Positions 25,101-41,409 of a stretch of 64,000 nt of DNA are shown piece by piece. Numbering within the stretch: the first letter of the stretch is position 1; each line of letters opens with the position of its first letter. Position numbers and translations under genes: made by a program. Source of the DNA: Eledone cirrhosa (lineage: Eukaryota). Location of the stretch: positions 10,664,001 through 10,728,000 of the forward strand of contig OZ024752.1 of NCBI GenBank assembly GCA_964016885.1. Direction: 5' to 3'. Under the pieces are notes generated by a model. It was given only the letters and a program-made list of their open reading frames with translations, was not told where the DNA came from and did not search any database.

Positions 25101-27821
25101 AATTATATATGAATATATAGTATACTGTAATATCGAACATGTTACAGAATCTAAACTCTATGTGAAATAAATCGTTGCTTCATTGTGTTAATTGGTGGTA
25201 TAAGACGTAGGAATTAGTTTTCAAGTATTACACAATATCTTTATAATTTCTGAATATTTGTGTTGATCTGTGTTTATTTTAAGAATACGAAGTTCGAATC
25301 AAACTTCGAATTCTTTATACCATATACAATACTTCAAGTAAACTACAAATTCCTTCTTATTTTAAGAAATTTAAACACTATTAAAGTTACATTTCTATCC
25401 ACAACCTAACTTCTGGAAAATATATTGAAACAAACATTGACTAGAATACAAATATATGCGAATAATATGTAAATTAATATAATCAAAATATATTAGGAAT
25501 ATTCATTATCGATTATGATTTTTATGTTTAGCCAATCAAAAATAAAGGAGGATTATAAAAATAGATATTAAGAATTTTAATATATTTCCATGTGCATGTT
25601 TCAGTACATAATTCCTTCGGTTGCATGCATGTAATTTTAATAACTTCTTCAACGTACTGCATTTAGAATCTGTAAAACGTTTTACATAATAATGTTAAAA
25701 ACAAGATTTATTCAGATATTTAGGAATGAATTTTATTTTAACAGGTTCTAATTTTTTACATTAAATACACCTCGGTGAAGTTTTGCTAAATATTTTTAAC
25801 ACGAAATATATTACATTTGATTAAATATGTTTCGGAGCATAAACATAAGTATGTTTTTTGTGTATGGTCACATAGGCATCTGTCCATATATATTCACACA
25901 CACTCATGCACAAGCACACACACAAATATACACAGACACACTCTATCACACACACACTCACACGTGCGTGTGTGTGCACACAGGTGTGTACGTTTATCAT
26001 TGGAAAGATTTGATTATAACTCATCTCCCCTTGTTACAGTTCAGTTGGAAATGAAAATATTTAGGGAAAAATTCCAATCCTAATATAAGCTGTCTTATAT
26101 ATTTGTATTGCAAATGATTTTACGTTTTTAAAAATTTAACGTAATGCTCTTCATATAAGCCAACAACAAGTTTGCAGTACTTAATTTTTTTGTGAACATG
26201 GTGCATTCAATTCTACTTGAATAAATCTGAAAAAATTAGACTTCTAACGAACAATTTTAAATTTTACTATAATTGGCTATCTTGATTTAATATATATATT
26301 TTTTTAATTCCACAGTCATAGGTTGTTGCTGTTTTTGTTTAGAGGTTTGGTTGCTATTTTGTTTTTTTATTTCAATTCCAAATTCACTATTTGTTTCAGT
26401 AAAACACTTTATTTTCTGTTTTAATTTACTTTCTAATTGAATTCCGCAAACGAATTGATTGCTTCACTGACCTGAAGTCTCATTGAGACATATTTTTTTA
26501 TATTTTATTTCGTTTACCTATGTAATACTGAAAACCTAAAAGCGAAACATGGTTCAATAATGCTTTTCCTCCTTTAATTTGTATTAAATTCTGAAAATGA
26601 TTTGAAAGAGTTTTTATATTTTTTATTTCCGTTTCAATGGAAAGAGAAAATATAGGGAAATGAAATTAAAGTTTCTGGAATTTTAAGTGTTTTTATCAAA
26701 TTTTGTCAAACGTACTGAATAGGAAAACACTTACTCCCGTATAGACGTTCGTTTAAATATACATACAAACACACACGCACATATACACACATATAGTGGG
26801 TATGTATGCATGTATGCATGTGTTATGTGCATATGTATTAAGTATCCATGTATCCATGTATGTATGCGTGTATGCCATTATGTATGTATGTAGGTACGAA
26901 GCTATGTATGCATTTATGTATGTAGATATGAAGGTATGTACGCATTTATGTACGTATGTCTTACGTCTCTGCAATTACCTGTCTTTCGTCCCATGCTTTC
27001 ATGTCCTTCGGGGTAAACATTAGAATATTCTGTATAAGAGATTTAGATTTCGTTTCATTTGCGATACTACAGTAAATTATTCAATATAACTATTCGTTGC
27101 AAAGCTGCTTTTCCTTTGAGTTCTCACCATAGATGTGTATCTGTTGAAAGTCTGTCAATTTGGTGAGATTTCTGCGATACTTACGTTTAATGCCGATATA
27201 TTCGTTTTTAGTCTAAGTCTATTTGGATGAGAAATTATATCCTTATCCCACAAAATTCTGTATTCCATAAAAGAGATACTTTTCGGCCGAAACAAATCAA
27301 TCCAACCAATAAACATTTCCAAATTTCCACAAGAAAAAACACATGTGCATCGGAATTAAACATTTTTTGCATTAAACATTTGCGAGTAAGTAATCTTTGA
27401 GAGGAAAGGGAACAACCATTGCATAAATATTTTAAGTCAAAGAATAAATAAAATTTCGGGTACGAATGGTGTGAATCGTCACTAAAATTTTAATATATTC
27501 TGTAATATACATTACCCCCACATTTTCGTCTTGAGTGTGTATCGAAATAATTACAGTGTTGCTCCCTCATACACCTCCCTCCCCCCCGTCCAAGACATAC
27601 ATATACAACCGTACACACACCTATATATATATATATAAAAACCTGTTAGTTTTTTCGTTGCTCTGGTATTGTGTGTTAGGTTTCGCCTAGTACAATGTTC
27701 AATTTGTCAAGCTATTTAAACGTCTGTTGTTAATCTAAGGACCTACTCTTATTGGGTGCTTTGCTAACTCATTCATATTGTAGGTCGACTTTGCTTGCCC
27801 ACAGCCAAAGCTTCGAATTTA

Positions 27822-28445
27822 CTAAGCTTCCGGTAGCTTCCAACCGACATGGTTGCATTCTTTAAGGGTATGTCAATATTTGTTTATAAAACTGATCTAT
27901 ATTATATTTTATCTCATGAAAACGCACCATAATTTGCTTTGGTGTACTTAAAATATGTATAATGAAATAAATATGGTTTTATAAATATAATTTCCATTTG
28001 TATTTTTACTCCAAAAATTTGTTGAGTGATTTATATCAGTTATAAAAATATTTGCTTGTTGTATCCCAACAAAATAAATATAACTTCTACATATATATAT
28101 ATATATATATACAATATATTCATAAATGGAAACTATATTTATAAAACCATAATTATTTTATTATATATTTTATTAACTATCCAGCCAAACTTCAACCGTC
28201 AAGGTTGTTTTTCTAAGGGTATGTCAACATTTATAAAACAAATTTATATTTTATCTGATGAAAGCGCACCAAAACTACCTTGGTTGCCCTTGAAATATAT
28301 ATAATAAAATAATTATGGTTTTATAAATATAGTTTCTATTTATTAATATATAGAATATTTACTCCAGTTTCTGTTGAGTGATTTATATCAGTTATAAAAC
28401 TTTTAGGCTTGTTGAATGCCAACAAATTAAATATAACTTCTGCAT
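27822..28445. mobile_element. Two adjacent family B PLE-type termini (27822-28090 plus; inverted pair 28112-28445)
   Basis: Homologous to 15350-15530. Hammerhead at about 28245-28318: CTGATGA-aagcgcacca...ttggttgccctt-GAAAT atat ATA-ataaaata. Confidence 0.72.
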
Positions 28446-28621
28446 ATATATACATATATATATTTATATATATATGTGTGTGTGTGTGTGTACGTCTGTG
28501 TGTTCTTGTATGTGTGTGTGTGAAACGGTCGTCGTAACTGTGCATGATAAATATAGACCTCGTTTGTTCTTAATATATACATATATGAACATCAACACAC
28601 ACACACACACGTATACAAACG

Positions 28622-28655
<34 letters not shown>

Positions 28656-29108
28656 GGGGGGGGGGGGTAGATATTTTAGCATTTATTGTACCACCTTAAC
28701 TTCGTTCCTGCGTAATTGTTTATACATAGGTGTATGTATGTGTTTATGTGCGCATGTCCATGAGTATGTGTTTGTGATTGTATGTCTAGACGCCTTGAGA
28801 TGTCTTGGAGGAATCAAAAGAATTATATGAACGGGTTGGCGCAGTGTTATGTTGATTTTAAATTATATACCATCTCAGATTTATAAATAATTTCAATATA
28901 AAGAAAATGTGGTTCAAAATAGAAAAGAATGGCGATTTAACGGTCTACAATATATTCCAAGTTAATTCCTTTCAAATTAAACTTCCCGAGTATATATTGT
29001 GTAAAGACTATCCATACACACACATACACTTACATAGACGCACTCACAAACACACTTGTAAATATATATGTATGTGTGTGTCTATGTATGTATGTACATA
29101 TATATATG

Positions 29109-29176
<68 letters not shown>

Positions 29177-29312
29177 CTTAGAAATAGAATGAGAATACAA
29201 TAAAAAAAAGCAAGAATGTGTGTGTGTGGGGGGGGCTCCTCATCAGTTGTGTACTGGGGGTGTCGGATAATTCAAAGCCTACCTTAACTAGCAAGTACAC
29301 AGCCAATCCTAT

Positions 29313-29424
<112 letters not shown>

Positions 29425-30504
29425 TATATTTATATATATATGTGTGTGGGTGTTTATCCTGGGTTCAATCGGGGGTAAACAGTCAGTAAGATACTCAATA
29501 CATAGCAGAGTATAAATACTACAGTGGGCCGTACAATGCTACCGAGCCCCCCCCCCCCCCCCCCCCCTGGCGCCCACTTGCCATTGGGCAACCTGGCAAC
29601 CTGGCCAGTCCGCCACTGTATATATATAGAGAGATACAGAGAGAGATTCATTTTTAAGGCTATACAGTGAGTCTCCATCCAGAGTAGCAAAACTCACAAT
29701 GTTGCGTTAATGATATGAATAATTAAACTATGTATGTATATATGTTATGTCGGGTCACTCATGAGTGCTACTGGTAGCATGTAACCCAGTACAACCTGTC
29801 GCATGGTTGGGTCGGCGGCGACTAAACCGACAATCCCACCAAGTTTACTTGGTGGGGAAGGCGTTTGTAGACACTCTGCAGGACAAAAAACAAAACCTGA
29901 CAAAGGGCGGAAGAACTCATAAGAGTCAACGGTCATCCAAAACTGTGTAAATATGTATATAGACATGTACCGCGCAGTTAAACCACTGGGAGTGAAATCC
30001 CCAAGCCTTTGTCAGGGCATTCTTCTAGGAGAAGGCAACTCAGGAAACTGGGATAACTCCGATATAATACATGCAGCTCAGTAGTTACCGATGAAGTTGA
30101 TCTTTTCTTCTTTTCGGGTTATAGCTACTGTCGCTCAGAGAGTGGGATTGGCTCAGTGCGCAGTCTTTCCTCACTTTAAAAAATATCTTCACGCACAGGC
30201 ATTGCACGATATAATTAATAAATAATTATTAATAATGGTATATCGTGCAATGGCCATACGCGATAATGAGGGGGCAGCCATCATGTATGTATGTATGTTC
30301 TGGTTTTATAATTTCACAACTTTTTGCCAATAGAGAAAGAGTCGGTTTCTAACATAGACACAATACTCTCTCATTGGAATTTACACAATATCAACTAGAT
30401 AGATATGTATGCATGTGTGTGCAGGTATGGATATTATTGTATGTGTGGATGCGTATATTTTGAATCTATGTGTGCATGTATCTGTACATGTGTATATGCT
30501 GTTA

Positions 30505-30745
30505 TTAGATGCAAAATCTTTGGAATGTTTTACATATTTTTACTGTTCCATTAATGGATTGTACTTGTAATTTCCTAACTAGTTGTGTTCTTTCTGTTCC
30601 TGTGAAGCCTAGCTTCTCAAGATTTGTATTGAGGCAGTTACTAATATACCCCAGTGCCCCAATAATCACAGGCATAAATCTGAAGGTATATTCCGGGTGG
30701 ACTATCTGCATATTTCTCATTATGTATGTGTACATTGTGGAGTTT
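30505..30745 (-). mobile_element. 3' fragment of an R4/Dong-like RLE LINE
   Basis: YTFRFMPVIIGALGY...GTVKICKTF is homologous to the C-terminus of ORF 49431-50600. Confidence 0.8.
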
Positions 30746-30971
30746 CTTATTTTGAACGTAAGAGTACAATAGAAATATTTAACTAAATAGGTTTATTTTA
30801 AACGGCTCAAATATTTTGTCATAGGAATCTACCCCTGCATATTGATTTAAATGTCTGCAAAAAGAGCACCATCAAATATTCTTAGGGATATTAGTTCGTT
30901 TTACTGCAGTTATAATTAGGCATTAAATTACATTGAATTTATGCCATAGTACCTAACAGCAACTGAAATAT

Positions 30972-31336
30972 AATATTGCAGAAGGCCAGCAATTACCCAG
31001 TACAGCAATTACCCCGTGTGGATGAAAGGCAAAGTTAACCTCGACGGGATTTGAACTCAGACCACAAAAGGCCGTATCTATGCTAGAAAGCATGGCGTCC
31101 AACCCTCTACCGGTACTGCCAATTCACCACCAACAACAGCTAAAATATAATTGTTTCTACTTTTGCCACAAGGCCAGCAATTATCCCAGTGCATTACTGG
31201 TACTTTATTTTATCGACCCCGTAAGGATGAAAGGCAAAGTTAACCTCTGCAGGATTTGAACTCAACCCATAAAGGGCCGTAACTCTTTGCTGCAAAGCAT
31301 GTTGTCCGACCCTCTACCGATACTGTCAAACCACCA
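30972..31336 (-). mobile_element. Two tandem SINE S copies
   Basis: Copies at 30972-31131 and 31148-31336. The junction motif cagc..aaatataat is repeated three times. Confidence 0.85.
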
Positions 31337-31869
31337 CAGCAGCAAAAATATAATGCGACTTCGTATCAGTTCGGCTGTATTCATGTATACCATTAAAATC
31401 ATACACATAGATGTCTTTAACCTATTGCCTATCACTCCCACCTCAATCAGCCGTTTTATCGTTTATATTAGAATTATATATTCTATCATGCATTAATTCA
31501 CCATGTTATTTAGTTAAAAACAAAGGCAAACCTATGCATTTGTGTCGCAAATACATACAGTGACTAACGCAATTTTATCTGGATAGAGTTTAATAATGAA
31601 ATCATTGTGCTTTTTAAACCACATATAACACTGGTTATTGCAAACATTAACTGAATATACACATGCTGCATATTTTATTTGAAATTTGGTGAAGGTTATA
31701 TAAAGGCGTTTCTATTGTTAAATATCTAGAATTTAGAGCCTTGTACATAAAGCGCTAGTTTCTGAAAGCACATCTATGTGTTTCTGAATCTTCCAAACAG
31801 ACATTTTTTAGACTGTCTGCAGATGTGTGATCGAGTGTGATTTCTCACTATTTATTTAAGATTGAAACA

Positions 31870-32079
31870 ATAATGGGTTTTTTATATAGCAATTTGGAAG
31901 GAGGGGAAAGTCGATTAAATCGTCCCCAGTGCGTGACTGGTACTTTATATCATCGACCCCGTAAGGATGAAAGGCAAAGTTAACCTCGGGGGGATTTGAA
32001 TTCAGATTATAAAGGGCCGTAACTCTTTGCTGCAACCATGGAGTCCGAGCCTCTACCGATTCTGCCAATCCACTACCCC
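31870..32079 (-). mobile_element. SINE S copy with variant 3' region
   Basis: Conserved body. TSD-like taagattgaa(a/c)..ataat at about 31857 and 32080. Confidence 0.8.
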
Positions 32080-32779
32080 TAAGATTGAACAAATAATTGT
32101 TCGTATTAGCATATTAGTTTTAAAACATTTTTTTTTTCTGATAATTAATTAGAAACTGAATTATGTTCATATTTATGCGTACAGTAGTTTTCTTTGATAT
32201 GTTGTACTCGTATTTGTACCCGTAATGTGCATTTTTTTTTTTTTTTTTTTGTGGATTAGAAAATAATATTATATTTTGTAGAAATACTCAGTTTAAATTA
32301 TTTGTATACGTTCTCTTCAACATCCATAAATATTCCAGTTTTATGAATGATGCAGTTTTAACAACATTAATACTTCTGCAAGGAATTGTCATATGGACTT
32401 TTTCTTAGAAATCAGACGCTTAAAAGATTATGATTTTAATAGAACATGAAATATATCTTTTTAATAAATTTGCAGATTTTATATAATAATGCATTGGCAG
32501 ATATTTCTATGTTGTTATCTTTATTTTATATGTCACAATTTTCAAAATATTTCTTCGTAACATGTGCACACTGAGTAATAATTATTTGTGATTATATAAT
32601 TCAAACGTCTGGCGGAATGTTTAAATCTGTTTACATGATTAAATTATTTATATTTTAGGTGTTGTTCATATATCTTTACGATATGTAATTAAAAATATCT
32701 GAATGGCCGATTGTCTTTTAAGCATATTTGAACATTCTTCAAACGTTTAAAGTTTGCAATTAATTCCATGGCTTAATAT

Positions 32780-32918
<139 letters not shown>

Positions 32919-34108
32919 ACTTTTATAGAATGTGTTTTCACTGGTAATTGACTTGTGTATTAATATTCTTGAACAAGATTTGGCAAATTTCTACGTTTTG
33001 CAACTTTATATAATCATCTCCCCACATCAAAACAGAATTCTCTCCAATATCCTTTATCACATTTATGAATCTATTTTGTGATATTTCTGTATTAAATATC
33101 CTCATATAATTCATTACATTTTCTCTCTAAAATTGTTAATTACAATTCTATTATAATTATCTTATTCATTGATGGTAATTTAAATTATGTTTGTTTTCTC
33201 TGTCCTCTGTGTATATTCATATGTTTAAATTACATTTATTTTGTCTTTTTCATTCTATTTTCATTGAGGATATCATGTAGCGTTAAATAATTTACATATA
33301 AATGCAGTTTTATTGGACGTATGATCATGTGTAATAATAACCAAGTAGACAGTATAGATTTTAATTATATTTTAGTATTAAAGTCAGTTACGTGTTCTTT
33401 GCTATTATTAGTTTTAAACATTACATTTAATAGTTCAGTCAATACGATTAGAAAATAATAAAACCAACCAAACAGTGAGTGTGTTCTGTTATTATTCCTG
33501 GCAATATTATTACAACAATATGACCGTCCCAAGTATAACAATATTTATACATATATATATATATATATTTTTTCAATCACATATTTTTTTATATGTTTGA
33601 CACGAATTACTTGGTCGTTTCTATGGTTGTGCGGATGACGGTTTAACCATCGTCTCGGTGTGTTTGGCCTTTAACGTATGTTGTAGCTCTGGTTCGTCAG
33701 AATTATTGAGCGCTTGCCACACATCTCGGAAGTTGTTTTTCGCTAATTCCAAAGCCGAAATCCGATTCTCGCTAATTTATATTTGTATTAATCTCCAGAG
33801 TCTAGCTATTGACCAGTTAATTTTCTTGATTTCTTTAGTTGATTCTATTGACTGATGAATAGCTTTTGTTAACTTATAACCATTCTGTTGAGAGCTTAAT
33901 TCGTTTTGTGATATTTTGCATTTTTGCAATAATATACACATACTGAATTTCATCCGCCAAAAATAAGGGTTCCCTCCCTTGTCGAGCCCCACGTGGGTAT
34001 CGGTAACGGTCATTCTTTCGCCTGGCATTTGAACTAAAACCTGTTGAGAAAGTGACTTCCTTGTTCAATCATCTTACCAGAAGCCTAACATTATTTGTCT
34101 AAGCGGAG

Positions 34109-34217
34109 GTTCCCGCCGAGGTTGACTCTGCCTTTCATCCTTACGGGGTCGATAAAATAAAGTACCAGTAATGCCCTGGGTAATTGCTGACCTTGTGCAT
34201 AAAGTAGAAACAATTAT
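34109..34217 (+). mobile_element. 5'-truncated SINE S with 19-bp TSD
   Basis: attatttgtctaagcggag at 34090-34108 and 34213-34231. Confidence 0.88.
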
Positions 34218-34510
34218 TTGTCTAAGCGGAGAGTACTTGATCTGGGAGTCGCAGAAACCCAAATGCTGGATTTTTAACAACCATCCATTTTTCCTTAGAA
34301 ATTTTTTCAATCACATATTTTTTTATTTGTTTCACTCGAATTACTTGGTCGTTTCTATGGTTGTGCGGATGACGGTTTAACCATCGTCTCAGTGTGTTTG
34401 CTCTTTAACGTATGTTGTAGCTCTGGTTCGTCAGAATTATTGAGCGCTGCCACACATCTCGGAAGTTGTTTTTCTCTAATTCCAAAGCCGAAATACGATT
34501 CTCGCTAATG

Positions 34511-34597
<87 letters not shown>

Positions 34598-34743
34598 GTT
34601 TACATATACATAAATTTATATATGTTACAACCGGTCACTTTTTAGCTCTATGAAGAATTAATAAATTAAATACTCAGAGCAATATATTATTGGAAATGGA
34701 GTATATATTTTGTTTATCTAATAATTCTGTAGACATGATTTAT

Positions 34744-34791
<48 letters not shown>

Positions 34792-34997
34792 TTATATATA
34801 TAAAGAATATATATATATATGTATATTTATATATATAAAGAATATATATACTTGTGTGTTTGTATATATGGAGAGAGTGTTCCAGAACAATGTTCCAAAA
34901 CAATTATTTATTAGAATGCTGTTGAAGTGGGTATACAATTTTGTATGATTTTTCAGCGGAATAGGAGGCTGATTATATGTACAAACATTATTAATAC

Positions 34998-35044
34998 TGC
35001 TCCGAACACTCCAAGCCTAGGCTTGGAAGAAACAATTGTCAGCA
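34998..35044 (+). ncRNA. Hammerhead-like motif, family J (U4C core)
   Basis: tgct-CCGAACA-c tccaagcc ta ggcttgga a-GAAAC aatt GTC-agca. Homologs at 39774-39820 (-, CCGAAGA) and 40102-40148 (+, CCGAAGT). Confidence 0.68.
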
Positions 35045-35238
35045 ATTAAATGTTCTAACATAGCTTTTATTCTTGTGTATTCTATATTACTGCTCTGTAT
35101 AACAAATGATGTTCTTACATTCAGCTATTTATCTTACTGGTAATAAGGTAGTAATAAATTACTGACCTTACCTGTTTATAGTTGTATATAGTATAGTATA
35201 TACATAACTATAAATAGTATCCTTAATATTATATACAC

Positions 35239-35269
<31 letters not shown>

Positions 35270-35646
35270 TAACAGCCTAAAGTTTGGATTTTAGTCTTCA
35301 AATTTATTACTATTACTATATATATATATATATTTCGTTTCTGAATTTGTTTAGCAAGATTCTTTATCTGAAAACGTGTGTTGAAACCGATATTGTTATA
35401 CTTTGGGAGGGTCATGTTGCCAATAAGAAACACACGCACCAGTTGCTTTCGCTTCAATTTATTATAATAAATTTATAAATTTAGGAATTTATAAATTTCC
35501 GGTTGGTTGGTTCCACAACCAGATGGTTGTTTATATATTGTCAAAGTTCTTTCATCACATGTTCTGTGACCTCTTCAGTGACTGGGGATTCTTTTCTTTG
35601 TTTTTGTGCCTCTCCTTTGTTCTGTCCTACGTTTTATAATGTATAT

Positions 35647-35732
<86 letters not shown>

Positions 35733-35777
35733 GTGTGTACATACATATATATATATACATACATATGTATATATATA

Positions 35778-35965
35778 TAGGAGAGAGTATGACCCCGACG
35801 GCAGAATTCAAGCTGTTTCGACGGCTATTTCTGGACTGAGTCCATAGATTACCGTCGAAACGGTTTGAGCTCTGCCATCGGGGTCATACTCTCACTTATT
35901 ACTCACTCTACTACCCTAAATATTGAGTACTCTGGTGCGTTATGGTCAATCTGTTTCCTTACAAC
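35778..35965. mobile_element. Fold-back PLE-type terminus (family T), second locus at 45400-45642
   Basis: gagagtatgaccccgacggcaga...gtttcgacgg / ccgtcgaaacgg...tctgccatcggggtcatactctc, bounded by (TA)n. Confidence 0.7.
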
Positions 35966-35976
35966 AACTCCTCCGT

Positions 35977-36059
<83 letters not shown>

Positions 36060-36516
36060 TATATGTATATATATATGTATATATGTGTGTGTGCGTGTGT
36101 GGGCGTGTGGGTATCTCTGTGTGTGTCTGTGTTAGGTGTATAGCTAGAGTTACAGGTGGCGCAATTTTGGAAGCCCTCAATGTCTTTACGAGGATCTCTC
36201 GTGTTGGGTGGTATTCGAGATTTAAGTAGACTTTAGTTGTGCATAGTGTAAATAAATAAACAGAATCGAAGTCAGTGTTGTGGCATATGTGCACACTTTA
36301 TTGGCATATTTCAAGTGTTCCAATATCGATTAGCTCAGTGTACAATCAAATTGCTGGGTCTCGATTCTTCTCCGACATCTCACACGAGATGCATGTTTAT
36401 ATGTGCGAAGACGCATCCAAACATTCGACGGAGGTCCAAGGATCCTTTATATAGTTTTATTAATAGGTGTCCAGGGGCGTGGAGAAGGGGTAGTAAGTGA
36501 GTAAATGAATATATGT

Positions 36517-36562
<46 letters not shown>

Positions 36563-37078
36563 AAATGTGGACTTTTTCTTTCACATTGACTTTTTATGCT
36601 CCACATGACGCTCCCTTTTTTTTCTCTTTTTCTTTTTTTTTTATTTCATAAACCTTGTTTGTAAATAACATTATTCTTTCTGCACCATTTCTTTAACATG
36701 TGCAAAACCACCATTTTACACCAATACATACACTAACATTTGAAAATGCATAAAAATGCTGAAACCGGTAATAGGCAATCATTAAACATATAAATAGATA
36801 AATAAATGCCATTGTTAATTAATAAATAAATCAACTAATACCTCAACACTTCACACAAAGTAAAACATTTCGTTTTAATCATTTTCTAACCCAGAAAAAA
36901 AGAGAGAGAGAAATAAAAAAGAAAAAAAATATTGTCCTTCCTAATAATCGTCTCTTTCTCCCTGTTTTCCTATATATATATAAGTTATTCCGGGTTGAAT
37001 CGGAGGTAGCCACAGTAAGTATGGTACTCAATACATAGCAGAGTATAAATGTTTTAATATAGAAGAGCTATATATATT

Positions 37079-37129
<51 letters not shown>

Positions 37130-37448
37130 AAAAGGTAAACAGAAATAACAACACAATCGGTACAGCATATGGAAGGGATATATTAGGCTAACGCTTGATA
37201 TAGCAGGAAGAGAGTCTTAACGTTTCGGACGCTAGTCCTTCATCAGAAAAACGAATGAGAAATAAAATAGATTGAGGGGACTGGCGGGATGGAATTGGTA
37301 AAAATGTCTTCAGATAAAAATAACAGGTCCATATAAATGTTTTCGAATATTAATAAAAATATTAGATTCCTTTGCACAAACAGTCTCTTTTAAGCTATGT
37401 TAGTAGAATGAGCCCCTCATTCTTGCTTTTGTGTTGGCATGTCAACAG

Positions 37449-37497
37449 AACTGCAGGCATTAAGTTTTCTGGATGATAACCCTTCATCAGTGCAGTT
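37449..37497 (-). ncRNA. Hammerhead, family M (degenerate copy)
   Basis: rc: aactgca-CTGATGA-aggg ttatca tcc a-GAAAAC ttaat GCC-tgcagtt. Confidence 0.6.
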
Positions 37498-39009
37498 TAC
37501 TGTTCACCTGCCAACTACCAGACCTAATGAAAATATCATACATTTTCGGAAATATACAGTCGCTTGAAAGAGGATGTTTGTATAATTGCAAACGAATCGA
37601 ATATTATTATTAATATTCGACAAACTCAGATTACATATATTGTATTCATCCATGTAGAGCGAAAACTATTTGTTATTCGGATCTAGCTGTCGAAACAGCC
37701 GGAGCTCAGCCGTCGGGGTCCTGACCCGTTTCGTATATTTATATATATATGAGTTTCAGAAGATCCCGTTAAGGGTAAAAGCAGCAATTCTTTGCTTAAA
37801 CTTTAATCTGTTATTTTAATAAATATTTGCTCTAGGGGTCTTATATATTTGATATATATTTATCCTTATCGAGCCCTCTTTGGATTTTAGTCTTCACATT
37901 TATTATTATTGCTGTATATATATACTTATTTAAGTATAAATGTATGTTGTACACCACATTTCTTGTTTACATGTATATGCATGTGCAGATATGTCAAATA
38001 TAACAAAGATAAAAATGATGTATTTGATAGAAAATTAAATACTTCAACGAAAATATGACCAGAAAATATATAATGCTACCTGACAAGACATCATTACTTT
38101 TCTTCCAACCAAGAGGAAAAACTATATTTTAACATGTCATGACAACATAATGTAATATCTTTGTGGAAAAATACAACGATGAACGAGAAATGGAAGAGTA
38201 TTTTATGGAATATTTCGAAATAATCCTAAGCTTTTTTAAAAGAAGCGAATACTTGCCAAGTAATATAGAGTTCGGATTAAGGTTTTAAGTACATGTCAAT
38301 ATTTGAAAGGAAAAGAAATGAAGTAGCAAATTAATGACTAAAACAAATAAAAATAGAAATACGTCGATTAATAATATTCTGGAGGTGTGTCGTAAACTGA
38401 CAGTTATTTCTTATAGGAAATCTGCATATAGGATGTTCGCATCTATATTGATTATTATTTTTTTTTTTTCGATTCAATTTAAAATGTGGGAATCTGAAAT
38501 AGGATATAATCACATAACTGAATTGGAGCATTATCATTGCTAATAGTTCAAATATGTGTTTAAGATTTATATAAATTTGAAAATAATATTGTTTCATTAT
38601 ATATAGCATTTTATGTTTTAATGGTTTCGTTCATTGCACTTCAACTATCCTCTGGCAAAAACTTCCCATAACATGGACTCCATTAAGTATTTGGATAGGA
38701 TATTTACTTTCTCAATATGTGTATATCAAACGATGATGTAGGATATAAAAGTGCACATTCGAACTTACATACACATAAACACACACAAACACACACAAAC
38801 ACACTCACACACAAACAAACACACACACACACTCACAACATTATTGTTGCAAATTCCACCACCTACACCACAAATTGATTTGGCAGGTTTCAATAAAACA
38901 TTCATACAAAACCTCCTTTCGCCGGAGCTTGACAATAATCAGTATCTCGTGAATCCCATTTGTATTTGCTTAGAATAAATAAACCCTCAATTGTGTGGCC
39001 GTTCATGTT

Positions 39010-39156
<147 letters not shown>

Positions 39157-39413
39157 GTGTGTGTGTGTACGGGAGAGTGAATGTGTCCTTATGTTATCGT
39201 GCATATTAAAAATATTTTTTCAAAGATTCCATGTCCTTTAGAATACAATATCCGATGAACCCCGCATATCCACCCAAATCATCACTTTCCCCCAATCACC
39301 AGATAACATTTAAATACGAGGACAGTCTGCTTACCTGATTATTTCTTTGGAATGAATCAGTTCTAGTCCTGTAGAAGCCATTTCTATATTAAACTTCATA
39401 TATGAAACTTGAT

Positions 39414-39451
<38 letters not shown>

Positions 39452-39597
39452 ACAATCAGTTATAATGTTTGGTGATTGATTAACAAAATTAATTTTAGAA
39501 CAGATTAGAAGTACTCATCAGTTTTTATCTGGAGTATCATTAGTATTAATAATATTAATAAATGTTTTATAAATATATTTTCTTTTTATTAATATTA

Positions 39598-40430
<833 letters not shown>

Positions 40431-40546
40431 CACGGAGTGTAATGGGGAGTTGCTGTAGGTTTCACCGGGTGAGCACTCTATGTTTAGGCTCACTTCTGTG
40501 TCGAGGTGTATAACTAGACAGAGTGTAGTATAATACAATAAAACAG

Positions 40547-40732
40547 TGACGAGTGGTTACTCCTTCATTACGTTTATTGATTGGTAACGCGCGCTTTTTC
40601 ATTACCACTAAAAGGGTCTGACGAGTCGTGGATGATAGAATCGGGCTAGATCGATACAGATCGAAACTTTGGGTAATTCGGAGGTGAAACGCGCGTCAGC
40701 AACCAGTAGACGTAATGAAGGAGTAACCAGTC
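40547..40732. mobile_element. Short inverted element with central hammerhead-like motif (40614-40679 plus; family N)
   Basis: Arms tggttactccttcattacgt / acgtaatgaaggagtaacca. Motif gggt-CTGACGA-gtc...gatc-GAAAC tttgg GTA-attc. Confidence 0.55.
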
Positions 40733-40783
40733 ATTTTTGCTTTATTTTATCATATGTATATATATATATGTATATATATATAT

Positions 40784-40835
<52 letters not shown>

Positions 40836-40836
40836 C

Positions 40837-40971
<135 letters not shown>

Positions 40972-40980
40972 CATATATAC

Positions 40981-41016
<36 letters not shown>

Positions 41017-41042
41017 GTGTGTTTGTATACATATATATACAT

Positions 41043-41111
<69 letters not shown>

Positions 41112-41143
41112 CATACATATTATATATATATATATATACAAAC

Positions 41144-41218
<75 letters not shown>

Positions 41219-41409
41219 AACATATATATATATATATATATATGTGTAGAAGTTATATTTAATTTGTTGGGGTACGACAAGCAAATATTTTTATAACTGA
41301 TAAAAGCACTCAGCAAATTTTTGGAATAAAAATACGATATATTAACAAATGGAAACTATATTTATAAAAGCATATTTATTTCATTATACATATTTCAAGG
41401 ACACCAAGA

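Noticed and set aside
33850-33905. CTGATGA followed by a stem
   Set aside because: No downstream GAAA-helix III-NUH.
39500-39525. Minus-strand CTGATGA
   Set aside because: It aligns with the ctgttgagt tail word of family B, not with a ribozyme core.
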